Shown: one piece after another, positions 1-9,755 of the stretch | How the letters are laid out: each line of letters opens with the position of its first letter | Numbering within the stretch: the stretch's first letter is position 1 | Assembly (NCBI GenBank): GCA_965116905.1 | Contig: OZ220732.1 | Location: 480,001 to 544,000, forward strand | Source: Longimicrobiales bacterium | Lineage (GTDB): Bacteria; Gemmatimonadota; Gemmatimonadetes; Longimicrobiales; Gaopeijiaceae | Direction of reading: 5' to 3' | Length of the DNA: 64,000 nt | Made by a program: the position numbers and the translations under genes | Notes under the pieces: generated by a model | The model's input: the letters and a program-made list of their open reading frames with translations, nothing else | The model's database searches: none | What the model was told of the DNA's origin: nothing

Positions 1-48
1 CGGCCGGCTCGGGCAACGCCGCGGAGAGGAAGGGCGATCCGCCTGACG

Positions 49-411
49 CTAACGCAGGGTGACGACAATCGCCCCGTTGAAGAAGCCCGTTCCAAAGCGT
101 GTCGTGGCATCCGCCGGGGTCATGAAGGTGACCCGTGCGATCGACCGGATCGGAATCTGGACAAGCCGATCCCGATCGCTGCGCTGACCGTTGACGACCA
201 CCGTAGCGGATCCGTTGCGCGCCCGGAGCCACTGTGGGCGCAGGAGCAGGAGGGCATCCATCGCGTGAGTGGCGGAAGTCGCCTCCAGTTCGGCCGGTGT
301 GATGTCGCCCCTGCTTCTCGGACCGGGTGTACCCTCGCCTGTCGAAGCGCACGCGTAGCTCGTCAAGGCCACCATGGCCGCAAGCGCAAGCCACGCGGCG
401 TTCTGCTTCAT
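49..411 (-). CDS. Small lipoprotein resembling a stand-alone TonB-receptor plug domain
   Basis: Signal peptide ending SYAC; C-terminal IARVTFMTPADATTRFGTGFFNGAIVVTLR resembles the plug-domain end motif; lies downstream of SusD. Confidence 0.65.
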   Translation of the reverse strand: MKQNAAWLALAAMVALTSYACASTGEGTPGPRSRGDITPAELEATSATHAMDALLLLRPQWLRARNGSATVVVNGQRSDRDRLVQIPIRSIARVTFMTPADATTRFGTGFFNGAIVVTLR

Positions 412-500
412 CCGTCTCCGTCTTCTGTTCAATCCCCGTTCTCTCCTGGTGCCGCGCTGGCAGCGATCATGAGTGGTTGGACAATTCGAGGGGGACACAA

Positions 501-530
501 GGAGGGCCCCCCGCGAAGGAGGGGCCCTCC
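501..530. terminator. GC-rich stem-loop between susD-like gene and lipoprotein gene
   Basis: ggagggcccc...ggggccctcc, a 10-bp perfect inverted repeat. Confidence 0.55.
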
Positions 531-560
531 ATGTCCCGGAAACCGGCTAGCGCGTCAGCG

Positions 561-1859
561 TCAGCCCGTGGGCCCGTTGATATTCGGGTTCGTGTCGACT
601 TCACCGCGCGCGATGGGGAAGCACAGGTCCTGCTGGACCAGGTGCGAGCCCTCGTTCTGGCTCCCTGACGGCTGCTCCAGCGAATGCAAATCGCCGGGCG
701 TGTTGTCGCGGTTCCAGCGGAAGAAGTCGCCGAGGCGGCGTCCCTCCAGCCACAGAACCACGCCGCGCTCGAACTTGAGCGCCGTCCACGCTTCGGCGGT
801 GTTGGTCGCCATCGCCGGCTCCACGCCTGCGGCCATGCGCAGGGCGTTGATCTTGCCCATGGCGCCTTCCCAGTCACCGTTTACCAGCATGCCCTCGGCC
901 TCGATCAGGCGCATTTCGGTGCCTTTTGAGAGCGGGATGTCCGTTCCCGAATCCGCGTACTTCGTCTGCGGCCACCAGGGCACCTGGCCACAGCACTGGA
1001 CCGCGGCGTCGCCAGTCTCGTCGGTCACCCGGTACGGGACGCGCGGGTCACCGTCCGGGTTGTTCTCGCTCATGCTGTAGTCCTCGTACTTCGTGTATCT
1101 CTGGGTGTGAGCCTTGTACGGCTCCGCCTGGCTTGCGAACTGGATCCGGTTGCGGGTCGCGTTGCCCTCGGTGGCGAAGTACGGCATGTGGAAGACGAAG
1201 TTGTCGGGCACGCCGGCCGCGTCGGCCATTGCCCCGGACCAGTCGCCCATGAACGCCTTGACGGCCGCCCGCCCCGCAACCGCCGCCATCGCCACGTCGC
1301 CCGATCCAAGCGAGGCCGCCTGGTCGAAGCGGGCGATCGCGCGGTCGTAGTACACGCTGCGCGCGCCCGCACCCCCGCCGTCGATCACCGAGACGCAGAA
1401 GTTCTCGCCGAGAAGGCGGTGCGCGTACCCGGTCCACAGGTACGCCTCGGCCAGAGTCGCCTGGTCCTCGGCGCCCGTCTCCATGATCTTGGCGATCCCG
1501 TCGTCACCCCACCAGCGGGCGCGCTGGGAGAGGTTCCAGTGGGTGCCGACCGTCTCGTAGTCGAGTTCCCCGTTTTGCCATTCGACGGTGATCCCGAAGC
1601 TTCCCGTCGAGCCCGACGGATGGATCTCGCGCGTGACCGCCGCCCCGGTGTAGCCGACATAGTTCTGGGCTTCCGCGGCGGCACGGCCGATCCCGCTTAC
1701 GATCGCTTCCTGGGCTTCCGTCTCGAAAAGGAAGACCTCCTGAACGCGGCCCGGGTTGACGACCGTGGTATCACAGGCCGCCAGCAGCCCGAGCAACGCG
1801 GCGGAGAGGAGAGCACCCCGTCGCATGCCGCATGACGTATTCATCGAAATGTATTTCAT
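561..1859 (-). CDS. RagB/SusD-family outer-membrane lipoprotein
   Basis: Lipobox LAAC; EMRLIEAE, INALR and ERGVVLWLEGRRLGDFFRW motifs; FPI..E...NPN C-terminus; adjacent to SusC. Confidence 0.9.
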   Translation of the reverse strand: MKYISMNTSCGMRRGALLSAALLGLLAACDTTVVNPGRVQEVFLFETEAQEAIVSGIGRAAAEAQNYVGYTGAAVTREIHPSGSTGSFGITVEWQNGELDYETVGTHWNLSQRARWWGDDGIAKIMETGAEDQATLAEAYLWTGYAHRLLGENFCVSVIDGGGAGARSVYYDRAIARFDQAASLGSGDVAMAAVAGRAAVKAFMGDWSGAMADAAGVPDNFVFHMPYFATEGNATRNRIQFASQAEPYKAHTQRYTKYEDYSMSENNPDGDPRVPYRVTDETGDAAVQCCGQVPWWPQTKYADSGTDIPLSKGTEMRLIEAEGMLVNGDWEGAMGKINALRMAAGVEPAMATNTAEAWTALKFERGVVLWLEGRRLGDFFRWNRDNTPGDLHSLEQPSGSQNEGSHLVQQDLCFPIARGEVDTNPNINGPTG

Positions 1860-1875
1860 TCGTCTCTCCCCTCCT

Positions 1876-4800
1876 CTAGAAGACGAGCTGCATGGAGAAC
1901 GTGTAGAACGCCGGCGGCGGAACGTGCTCGGTCATGCTGCGCACCCGCGTGTTGTAGCCGACGTTGCCGCCGACCTCCGGATCCAGCGTCCGCATGAGCG
2001 GATCCACCCACCGGAAGAAGTTCCGGCCCGACAGCGTGACCGTGGCGCGAGACGCCCCGACCATGCTGGCCCACGCGTCCGGCAACGGCGCCTGCGCGCT
2101 GATCTCGCGGATCTTGAAGAAGTCCGCGGGCTGCACGGCGAAGTCCGACTGGTAGAACTTCAGGTCGCAACGCGCGCGCTCCTCGGCGGTCAGGGCCGCG
2201 TACCCCTGGGTCTCCCAGGTATTGTAGGCCTCGAAGCATCCGGCCCACCGCACCGACCGGCGCGTGGCCGCGGCCTGCGGCCCGTTGTACATGAAGGCCC
2301 CGCCCTGGTACTCGGCCCGCGCGGTCAGCACGATTCCCGCGGGAAGCCCGAAGGTCGTGCCGAAGCCCGCGATGGTCGTCGCCTGGTTGGGTCCGTGGAC
2401 GCACTGCTCATCGGTGCGGTCCAGGATGATCGGGTCGGCGCGTTCATCAGGATTGGTCACGCAGTCGGACCGGATGACCGGGGCCGGATAGCCCTCCGTC
2501 ACCCAGCCGAAGCCGCCGATCGAGAACTCTGGCGATCCACCCAGCGAAATGATCTCGGAGTCGGTCTTGGAAAGGGTGCCGTTGATGTCCCAGGTCCAGG
2601 TGTCATTCCGGATGATGCTGTAGTTCAAGCCGAGCTCGAGGCCGTTGTTGACGAGTTCGCCGACGTTGGAAAGCTGGGAACTCGTAAAGCCCAGCGACGG
2701 AACCTGGCGCACGCTGAAGAGCGCGTCCTGGGTCGTCTGGGCGAAGTAGGTGAAGTCGAGGCCGAGCCTGTCGTCGACGAACGAACCCTCGAAACCAAGC
2801 TCGAGCTCGGAGGTCGTCTCGGGACCGATCGTCGCGTTGCCCACATTGCTGGGCAGGAAGGCCGGCACCCCGCCCCAACCGGCGGCGGCGAAGGTTCGGA
2901 CCGCGTCGAAGGCGCCCGGCGCGCGTCCCGCCTGACCCCAGGCGGCCCGCAACTTCATGCTCCCCCAGCCGGCGTCCCAGAAGTCCTCGTCCGAGATCAC
3001 GTAGGAACCCGAGACTTTCGGGTACGCCTGGAGCCCGAAATCGGCACCGAAGGCCGAGTTGCCGTCGACCCGGAGGCCGACCGTGATGAAGTACTTGTTG
3101 GAGATGTCGAAGACGTTCTGCACGAACAGGCCGGCGTTCACGATCCGGGTGCGGTCCTCGAAGCCCAGGGTGTTCCCGGCGTTGTCCACGTCGGGATCAC
3201 CGGGGCCGGGGAAGTTGTCCCCGTATGCCGTCGTCCGCTCGCTCCGCGTCGTGACGCTCTGCCCACCGAAGGACAGGGCCGACCGGATTCCCATGGGAAG
3301 GCTGAAGTCCAAAGAGCCCACGTAGTCCGCCGTAAGCGTGTTGAACTCGAAGCGCGACGTGGCGAGGATCCCCGTGGGCGCCCGGATGAAGCCGAAGGGC
3401 CGCAGGTTGCGGTTGTCCTGCTGGGCCAGGTCGTACCCGACGCTGAAGCGGTTGCTGAAGTTCGCCAGCGGCGAATACGTGGCCGTCAGCCCCGTGATCA
3501 GGTGATCGATCTGGGTGGTGATCTCCTGGTTCAGGAAGGGGTTGATGGCGTTGAACGACTCGTCGTTGAGGTAGTTCCGGTCGCGCCGGAAGGTGTTCAG
3601 CGTCATCCCGTGCGCGTTGTTCCCGCCCGCGGTGTGCGCCAGCTGGTCGTTCGTGTACGACGTGTTCCACTGGAGCTGCAGGGATTCCATGGGATTGAAC
3701 GTGAAGTTCCCCCGGAGGATGACCTTTTTCTCGTTGTCGTTGGGCAGGACGCCGTCGTCGTTCTCGTAGGACGCCGACACGAAGTACCTCACGGTCTCGG
3801 CGCCGCCGCCGACGTTCAGCGCGTACTTCTGCTGGTGCGCGCCCATGTCGCTGAAGAGCCCGCTGTCGCAGGGCTGGTCCTGCACGACGATCGCGTCGTC
3901 GCACATCGGCTTGTGGCCGCGCAGCCAGGGGTTGATGAAGAGGAAGTCCGACCGGCCGCCCGAAAGCGAGGTCGGGTTCTCTGACGGCGGCCGCAGCGAC
4001 GGATCGGGACCAAAGGTCAGGTTGCGGGACAGGCCCTGTTCGAGCTGACCGGTCCAGGTTGCATCGCCGACGGACCCGCGCCTGGTGAAGATCTGGATCA
4101 CCCCCGCCGAGGCCTCGGTGCCGTACAGCGTCGTCGCGGCCGCGCCCTTGATCACCTCCACCCGCTCGATGTCCTGCGGGTTGATGCTGTTGAGCGGGCT
4201 GGAGACGTCGTTGTTGCTGCGGCCGGAGTACCCGATCGGCGGCACGTTCTTGGCGAACCCCTCGCTTCGGACCCGCACCCCGTCGATGTAGATGAGGGGC
4301 TGGTTGGACTGGGTCATCGAGACGTTGCCACGCAACCGGATCATGGCGCCGCCGCCGGAGCTTGCCGAACTCTGCGTGATCGACATGCCCGGGACGCGCG
4401 CCTGAAGCAGCGCGTCGACGTTGACGGGGGGCCCGACGACCTCCTGCTGCACGTCGAGCTGCGAGATCGAGTTGCCGACCTCACGGCGGCGCGCGGCCCC
4501 CGCTGTCCCGGTCACCACGATCTCGTCGAGACCCAGCGCCTGGGCTGCGATGGCGAAGTCGTGCTGTGTGGTCGCACCCGCGTTGATGGTGATCGTCGCC
4601 TCCGCCGACGCGAACCCGATGCGCTCGGCGCGAATCGTGTACTCGCCTGCCGGCACGTTGAGGATGACGAAGCGGCCGTTGTCACGGGAGAGCGTTCCCA
4701 GTCCGGTGCCATCCAGGTACACCTGGACGGATCCCACCGGCCGGCCGCTCGTCCCGTCGGTGACCGTGCCCGTAACCGCCCCATCCTGCGCCTGCGCGGC

Positions 4801-4896
4801 GCCCGGGACGGCGAGCGCGAGCGCGAGGATGACGACCCCCGCCGCGCCGACTCCGCCCATGCGGGAACGGAGTGCATCGAACAATCGGTTTGTCAT
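1876..4896 (-). CDS. SusC/RagA-family TonB-dependent receptor
   Basis: Signal peptide, carboxypeptidase-regulatory-like N-domain, LDEIVVTG, PLIYIDGVR, INPQDIERVEVIKGAAATTLYGTEASAGVIQIFT, terminal Phe. Confidence 0.95.
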   Translation of the reverse strand: MTNRLFDALRSRMGGVGAAGVVILALALAVPGAAQAQDGAVTGTVTDGTSGRPVGSVQVYLDGTGLGTLSRDNGRFVILNVPAGEYTIRAERIGFASAEATITINAGATTQHDFAIAAQALGLDEIVVTGTAGAARRREVGNSISQLDVQQEVVGPPVNVDALLQARVPGMSITQSSASSGGGAMIRLRGNVSMTQSNQPLIYIDGVRVRSEGFAKNVPPIGYSGRSNNDVSSPLNSINPQDIERVEVIKGAAATTLYGTEASAGVIQIFTRRGSVGDATWTGQLEQGLSRNLTFGPDPSLRPPSENPTSLSGGRSDFLFINPWLRGHKPMCDDAIVVQDQPCDSGLFSDMGAHQQKYALNVGGGAETVRYFVSASYENDDGVLPNDNEKKVILRGNFTFNPMESLQLQWNTSYTNDQLAHTAGGNNAHGMTLNTFRRDRNYLNDESFNAINPFLNQEITTQIDHLITGLTATYSPLANFSNRFSVGYDLAQQDNRNLRPFGFIRAPTGILATSRFEFNTLTADYVGSLDFSLPMGIRSALSFGGQSVTTRSERTTAYGDNFPGPGDPDVDNAGNTLGFEDRTRIVNAGLFVQNVFDISNKYFITVGLRVDGNSAFGADFGLQAYPKVSGSYVISDEDFWDAGWGSMKLRAAWGQAGRAPGAFDAVRTFAAAGWGGVPAFLPSNVGNATIGPETTSELELGFEGSFVDDRLGLDFTYFAQTTQDALFSVRQVPSLGFTSSQLSNVGELVNNGLELGLNYSIIRNDTWTWDINGTLSKTDSEIISLGGSPEFSIGGFGWVTEGYPAPVIRSDCVTNPDERADPIILDRTDEQCVHGPNQATTIAGFGTTFGLPAGIVLTARAEYQGGAFMYNGPQAAATRRSVRWAGCFEAYNTWETQGYAALTAEERARCDLKFYQSDFAVQPADFFKIREISAQAPLPDAWASMVGASRATVTLSGRNFFRWVDPLMRTLDPEVGGNVGYNTRVRSMTEHVPPPAFYTFSMQLVF

Positions 4897-5075
4897 GCTT
4901 CTACTCCTTGCCAAACCTGTTTGCAGCCGGCCCGGCACCGGGGCGCTCCCGGTCCGCCCGTCCCGCAGTGCACACCTGCGGAACGATCCGACTGGCGATG
5001 AACATACTACATGTCAATTTGCGCCGTGCCAATGGCGGGACGCCGATTGGCCGGAGGCATGGGCCGCCGACGCAA

Positions 5076-5492
5076 TCAGCGGCCCTGAACATTGATGGAA
5101 ACTGTGGCGCTCGCCACCCCCTCGACGGCGTCTTCCACCCGAGCCGTGACCGTGAACAGCCCCGGCATCTCGTAAACGTGCTGCATGGATCCGGACGCGG
5201 TCTGGGCGCCCACCGTGCCAAGGGAGTCCACCGCGCCGTCGCCCCAGGTGAAGATGATGCCGCTCAGGCTGCGGCCGCTGACGTTGTAGAGCACGGACAG
5301 CTGGTCGCCGACCAGCCCCGTTTCGGGCCCGATCAGTTCCACCGACAGGGGCGTCCCGATCTCGTCGTCGGTGATGCAGCCCGCCGCGACGGCAAACAGG
5401 CACGCCAGGAGGGCGAAACACCACCGGCGCGAAGCCGATGCGGCGGACGTGGACGCCGCGAGGGCGCGCGGGCGTGACGCGTTTCCTGTCAT
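5076..5492 (-). CDS. PKD-domain lipoprotein
   Basis: Lipobox AAGC; WGDG and HVYEMPGLFTVT PKD motifs. Confidence 0.75.
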   Translation of the reverse strand: MTGNASRPRALAASTSAASASRRWCFALLACLFAVAAGCITDDEIGTPLSVELIGPETGLVGDQLSVLYNVSGRSLSGIIFTWGDGAVDSLGTVGAQTASGSMQHVYEMPGLFTVTARVEDAVEGVASATVSINVQGR

Positions 5493-5497
5493 AGTCG

Positions 5498-6019
5498 CTA
5501 GAACGAAATCCGGATGACCACTGCGATGTCCTCTTCGGGAGGTATCGGCGGGCGGGCTTCACCCCGGCGCGAACCCCGGAACTGGTCCCACGCGATCGCT
5601 CCCACCACAGCACCGAGAATCCCGGCGACAGCGTAGGTCCTGCCGCGCGACAGCGATCGGACCTCGACGTCGGCCAGCCCCTGGGCGGGGATCCGAAGCC
5701 GCTGGCTGTACGAGTCGACCCGAATCCCCTCCGCGACCGTGACGAGCGGCACCTCGAGCAGCAGGGCGCCGGCGTCGGCCTCGACAACGGTTCCCTCCAT
5801 GACCCGGTCGCCGCCCAGCAGATACTCGTCGAACTCCTCGTACTGGGCTTGCGTCAACAGTGTGCGCACGCGGTCGCCCGGGGTGACGTCGGCCAGGGTC
5901 ACGGGAGAGTACGTGTGGCAGGCGCTGGCCAGGACGGTGGCACACAACGCGGCGGCAGCCGTCGTGACGCGGTGGTGCGCGCGCTCGGCGGACAGGGCGT
6001 GGGGGCGGGTTCCGGTCAT
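5498..6019 (-). CDS. Hypothetical lipoprotein with a C-terminal TM helix
   Basis: Lipobox ASAC followed by HTYSPV; coding-like composition; fills the gap in a same-strand gene run. Confidence 0.65.
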   Translation of the reverse strand: MTGTRPHALSAERAHHRVTTAAAALCATVLASACHTYSPVTLADVTPGDRVRTLLTQAQYEEFDEYLLGGDRVMEGTVVEADAGALLLEVPLVTVAEGIRVDSYSQRLRIPAQGLADVEVRSLSRGRTYAVAGILGAVVGAIAWDQFRGSRRGEARPPIPPEEDIAVVIRISF

Positions 6020-6024
6020 GACGG

Positions 6025-8404
6025 TTAATAACGTAACACGGCTTCTACCTGGCGAATCACGTCCTGGATTTCGGCGTCGCCGGGGGCGAACTCGAGTGCG
6101 GTGTAGAGCGACGGAAGCGCCTCCGCCACACGGCCGGTGTTGGCCAGGGACACGCCCAGGTAGAAGTGGGCGCGCGAGAGTCCGGCGTCGTTGCGGACCG
6201 CGGCGCGGTAGGCCGTGATCGCGCCCTCGAAGTCGCCGCGCCGGAACCGGACGTTGCCCAGGTTGAGGTGTGCCAGAGCCTCGGTGGGCCGGACCCGGAC
6301 GGCCTCTTCGTACATGGCGGCCGCGTCGTCCTCGCGGCCGAGCGTCTCGAGGGCCAGGCCCACGTTCACGAGCGCGACAGGGTCTCCGGGTCCATGGCGT
6401 AGCGCTTCCAGATACACCTGCACGGCCTGCGCCATGTCCCCCGCCGCCGCGAGCCCCGCCCCCAGCGCGACCAGCACCTCGGGCGCCGTGGGGCGCACCT
6501 CCTGCGCGCGCTGGAGAAACGGCAGCGCCGCCGCGGGGCCCTCCACCCTGTCCACCGCGGCCGCCCACTGCATCAGCGCCGCCGCCCACCTCGCCCGGAG
6601 CGCCCCCTGGTCCGGGGCCCCGCGCGTCACGGCGTCCAGGAGCGCGCGCACGTCGGGGTCATCGCCCCGGGTGGCGTGCAGGGCGGCGGCGGCCGCCGCG
6701 CGCACGTCCTCGTCGTCGTCGCGGACAAGGGTGGCCAGGGCGCGCCCCGGGGCGTCATCGAGCCCGGCCGCGCGGCCGTCGCCCGGCGCGGCCTGCTCCG
6801 GTCCCGTTCCGGCGCGGGTCGCCCGTCCCCGCGTGGCGTCCCCGCACCCACGTGTCGATGGCCATCAGCTTGGCGATGCCGTGCCGCGGTCCCCGCGCGG
6901 CGGCCGTGGCCAGGGCGCGGTCAAGGTCGCCGGGTGAGGCGGTGGGCGCGGTCGCGGCGACCAGGGCCGCCACCTCGGGGCGGTGCGGCGCGGTCTCGCC
7001 CCACCACGCGGCTGCCTGCACGGCCAGTTCGGCGGGTGATCGGTCGCTGTGACATCCCGCGCACGCCGACTGCAGCCCGGCCTCCTCGTCGAAGCCCGGG
7101 CGCGGAATCGAGATCGTATGGTCCGCTCTTGCATACGGTATAGCCGGTGACAGTTCAGGATGCTGGACGTAAGGCATGTGGCACGATGTGCAGGCCGCCC
7201 CGGGAGAGCCCGCCGGATGGAAGGTGTGCGCCTCGGGATCCGCGACCTTGCTGGCGTGGCACGCCGTGCACTGGCCGTCGTCGAACCTGCCTTCGAGCGC
7301 GTTGCCGAAGACATCGCGGTAGCCCTGACCGTGCGGGTCGTGGCAGTCGACGCAGGTCATCGAGCCGAAGAGGTAGCACGCGCTGGAGCGATGGGTCTGC
7401 TGGTAGCCGAAGGTGGCGATCCGGCCATCGGGCAGGTAGGGCGAGTCCCCGATGAGCGGGAGGCCGAGGCTGTATTCGCGGGGACCGGCGGTCGGGGCGT
7501 CGCCCGTGTCGGCACCCGAATCGTCGCCGAGCGCGCGCTTGAGGGCGTGGCAGTCGAAGCACACGCGCAGCGACGCGTCCGGGTCCAGCGTGGCGAGCGT
7601 TGCGGGGAGCGCGCCGGGCTCGGCCGCCGGGGCTTCGCGGGGCGGTTGCCGTGCCCGCGACGGGTCGGCGGCTACTGCACGCGCCTCCTCGACGTGCGCG
7701 AGGGCCGGGCCGTGACAGGATTCGCAGTTGATCGCGAGCGATGTCGCGCGGGTCTCGTAGCGCGCGAGGTCGGCCCGGTACCGCACTTCGACCTGGCTGC
7801 CGTGACAGTTCTGGCAGTTCGCGAACCGGCGGTTGGTCCCCAGGATTCGCACCGGCGGCCAGTCGCCGCACTCCGTCAGGCGCATCGATTCGGTTATGGG
7901 AAGCCACCCGGCGTCGGCCCGCAGCCGCGCACGATCCGCACCCGGGACCCAGAATCCACCCACGAATGCGGTATTGCAGAACCACGTGTCGCCGTCTTCC
8001 GAATAATCGAAGGGAACAAACCGCTCGGTGCCGTCAGGGAACAGCGACGCGAAGCCCTGCGTCCCGCCTCCCACCATGTGTCCGGCCCCGATCACCCCCG
8101 TCACCTCGAGCTCCATGGGCGGACGCCCGTTGCGCTCCACGACGAAGACGTACCGGCCGTCGTCCCGCACCACCGGGGACACGACGGCGTCGGCAAACCG
8201 GATCGGCGGGCCACCGAAGGGGGCGATGACGGTGCCCGGGCCGGGTGGGCCGCCGGCCTGACCGTGCGTCGACTCCGCCCACGCGTCGTACTGCTCCTGG
8301 TGACACGTCCGGCAGGCTTCGGAACCCGCGATCCCCTGAGGCGTCTGGGGCGTGGCGCCGGCCGCGAGGATCAGTCCCACCGTGCCGAGGGTAGCCGTGT
8401 TCAA
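6025..8404 (-). CDS. Octaheme cytochrome c with C-terminal HEAT/TPR repeats (frameshifted between about 6760 and 6865)
   Basis: Eight CxxCH motifs in ORF 6755-8404; TPR repeats in ORF 6025-6705, whose frame stays open upstream to about 6865; GGAGG precedes TTG at 8404. Confidence 0.8.
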
Positions 8405-8574
8405 GCCTCCGAACCTCTCTGGTGTTGCTTCCCGGACCCGTCGCGGCCATTCGGTCGCTCGCGAAACCCCGGGGCACGACACTCGAAGTTGACGTTGCCG
8501 GATCGGATCGGCGAAAATCCCTCCGCCAATCTTTATACGTCACAAAGGCGCCCGTTTCAAACGGCTCACCACCC

Positions 8575-9755
8575 ATGACACCAGATTCCAGCACCGAGAA
8601 CCCTGGCGACCTGGCCTTCGTGATGGGCGGCGGGGGCGCCAGAGCCGCCTACCAGGCCGGTGTCGTGAAGTATCTCTCCCGGCGCTTTCCGGAGTTGTCG
8701 GTGCCGATCCTGACCGGGGTCAGCGCCGGAGCCATCAACGCGGCCCACCTGGCGGCCCACCACGGCACGTTTGCCCAGTGCGCCGAAGAACTCACGCACC
8801 TCTGGTCGAACCTGGGGGTGGACAAGGTCTTCAGAACGGACCTCAGGTCGCTGCGCAAACACGTAGTCCGCTGGGGCCGACAGCTTCTGTCCGGTGGTGC
8901 CGGGGGCGAGCCCAGGGTTCGAGGTCTCCTGGACACGCAGCCGCTTCGCGAGTATCTGACCGACACGATGCACGCGATCGACGGGGAACTGACGGGAATC
9001 CACTACAATCTGGAGACGGGCAGGCTGAAGGCGGCCGCGCTCAGCACGACCAACTACTCCACGGGTCAGTCCATTCTGTGGGTCCAGGGTCACGGGGTGA
9101 AGGAGTGGGAGCGCCCCAACCGCCGTTCGCGGATCACGACTCTGTCGGTGGAACACGTCATGGCCTCGTCGGCGCTCCCATCGTGTTCCCCGCGGTTCGG
9201 ATCGGCCAGCACTGGTACGGAGACGGCGGGATCCGGCTTGCCGCACCGCTGTCTCCGGCTCTTCACCTGGGTGCCAGGCGCATCCTGGCGATCAGCACCA
9301 GGCGCGCCCGCACGTTCGACGAGGCGGACGAGCCATCGGTCAGCGGCTACCCCCCACCGGTCCAGGTCGCGGGAACGCTGATGAACTCCGTCTTCCTGGA
9401 CCTGCTCGACGAGGACGGCCTGCGCCTGGACCGCTTCAACCAGCTGCTGAGCCGGCTGGAACCGGAGTCCCGAATGGGCATGCGAATCGTGCGGCGCGTG
9501 ACGATCCGGCCGTCGGTGGACCTGGGCAAGCTCGCCAACAAGTACGAGCCACAGCTGCCCCGCGCCTTCCGGTTCATGACCCGGGGACTTGGTACGAGGG
9601 ACACCAAGGCCCCAGACTTCCTCAGTCTGATCATGTTCCAGCCGGACTACCTGGCCGAACTGATCCGCGTCGGAGAGGCCGATGCGGAGGCGCGCGAGGC
9701 CGAACTGGTGGCGCTGCTGGAACCCGAATGCGAGGTGCATCATGACGACCGGTAA
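8575..9755 (+). CDS. Patatin-like phospholipase (1-nt frameshift at about 9177-9179)
   Basis: GGGGARAAYQAG and GVSAG in the first frame; IVFP..YGDGG in the second frame; adding one C restores ASSALPIVFPAV. Confidence 0.88.

Noticed and set aside
1756..3984. Long antisense and alternative-frame ORFs (e.g. 1756-3984+, 25779-27773+, 32036-34552+, 53620-56082+)
   Set aside because: These are shadow ORFs of real genes in high-GC DNA, Arg/Gly/Pro-rich and without family motifs.
9170..9190. Programmed ribosomal frameshift in patatin
   Set aside because: There is no slippery heptamer or evident stimulator, and a homopolymer indel is the simpler explanation.
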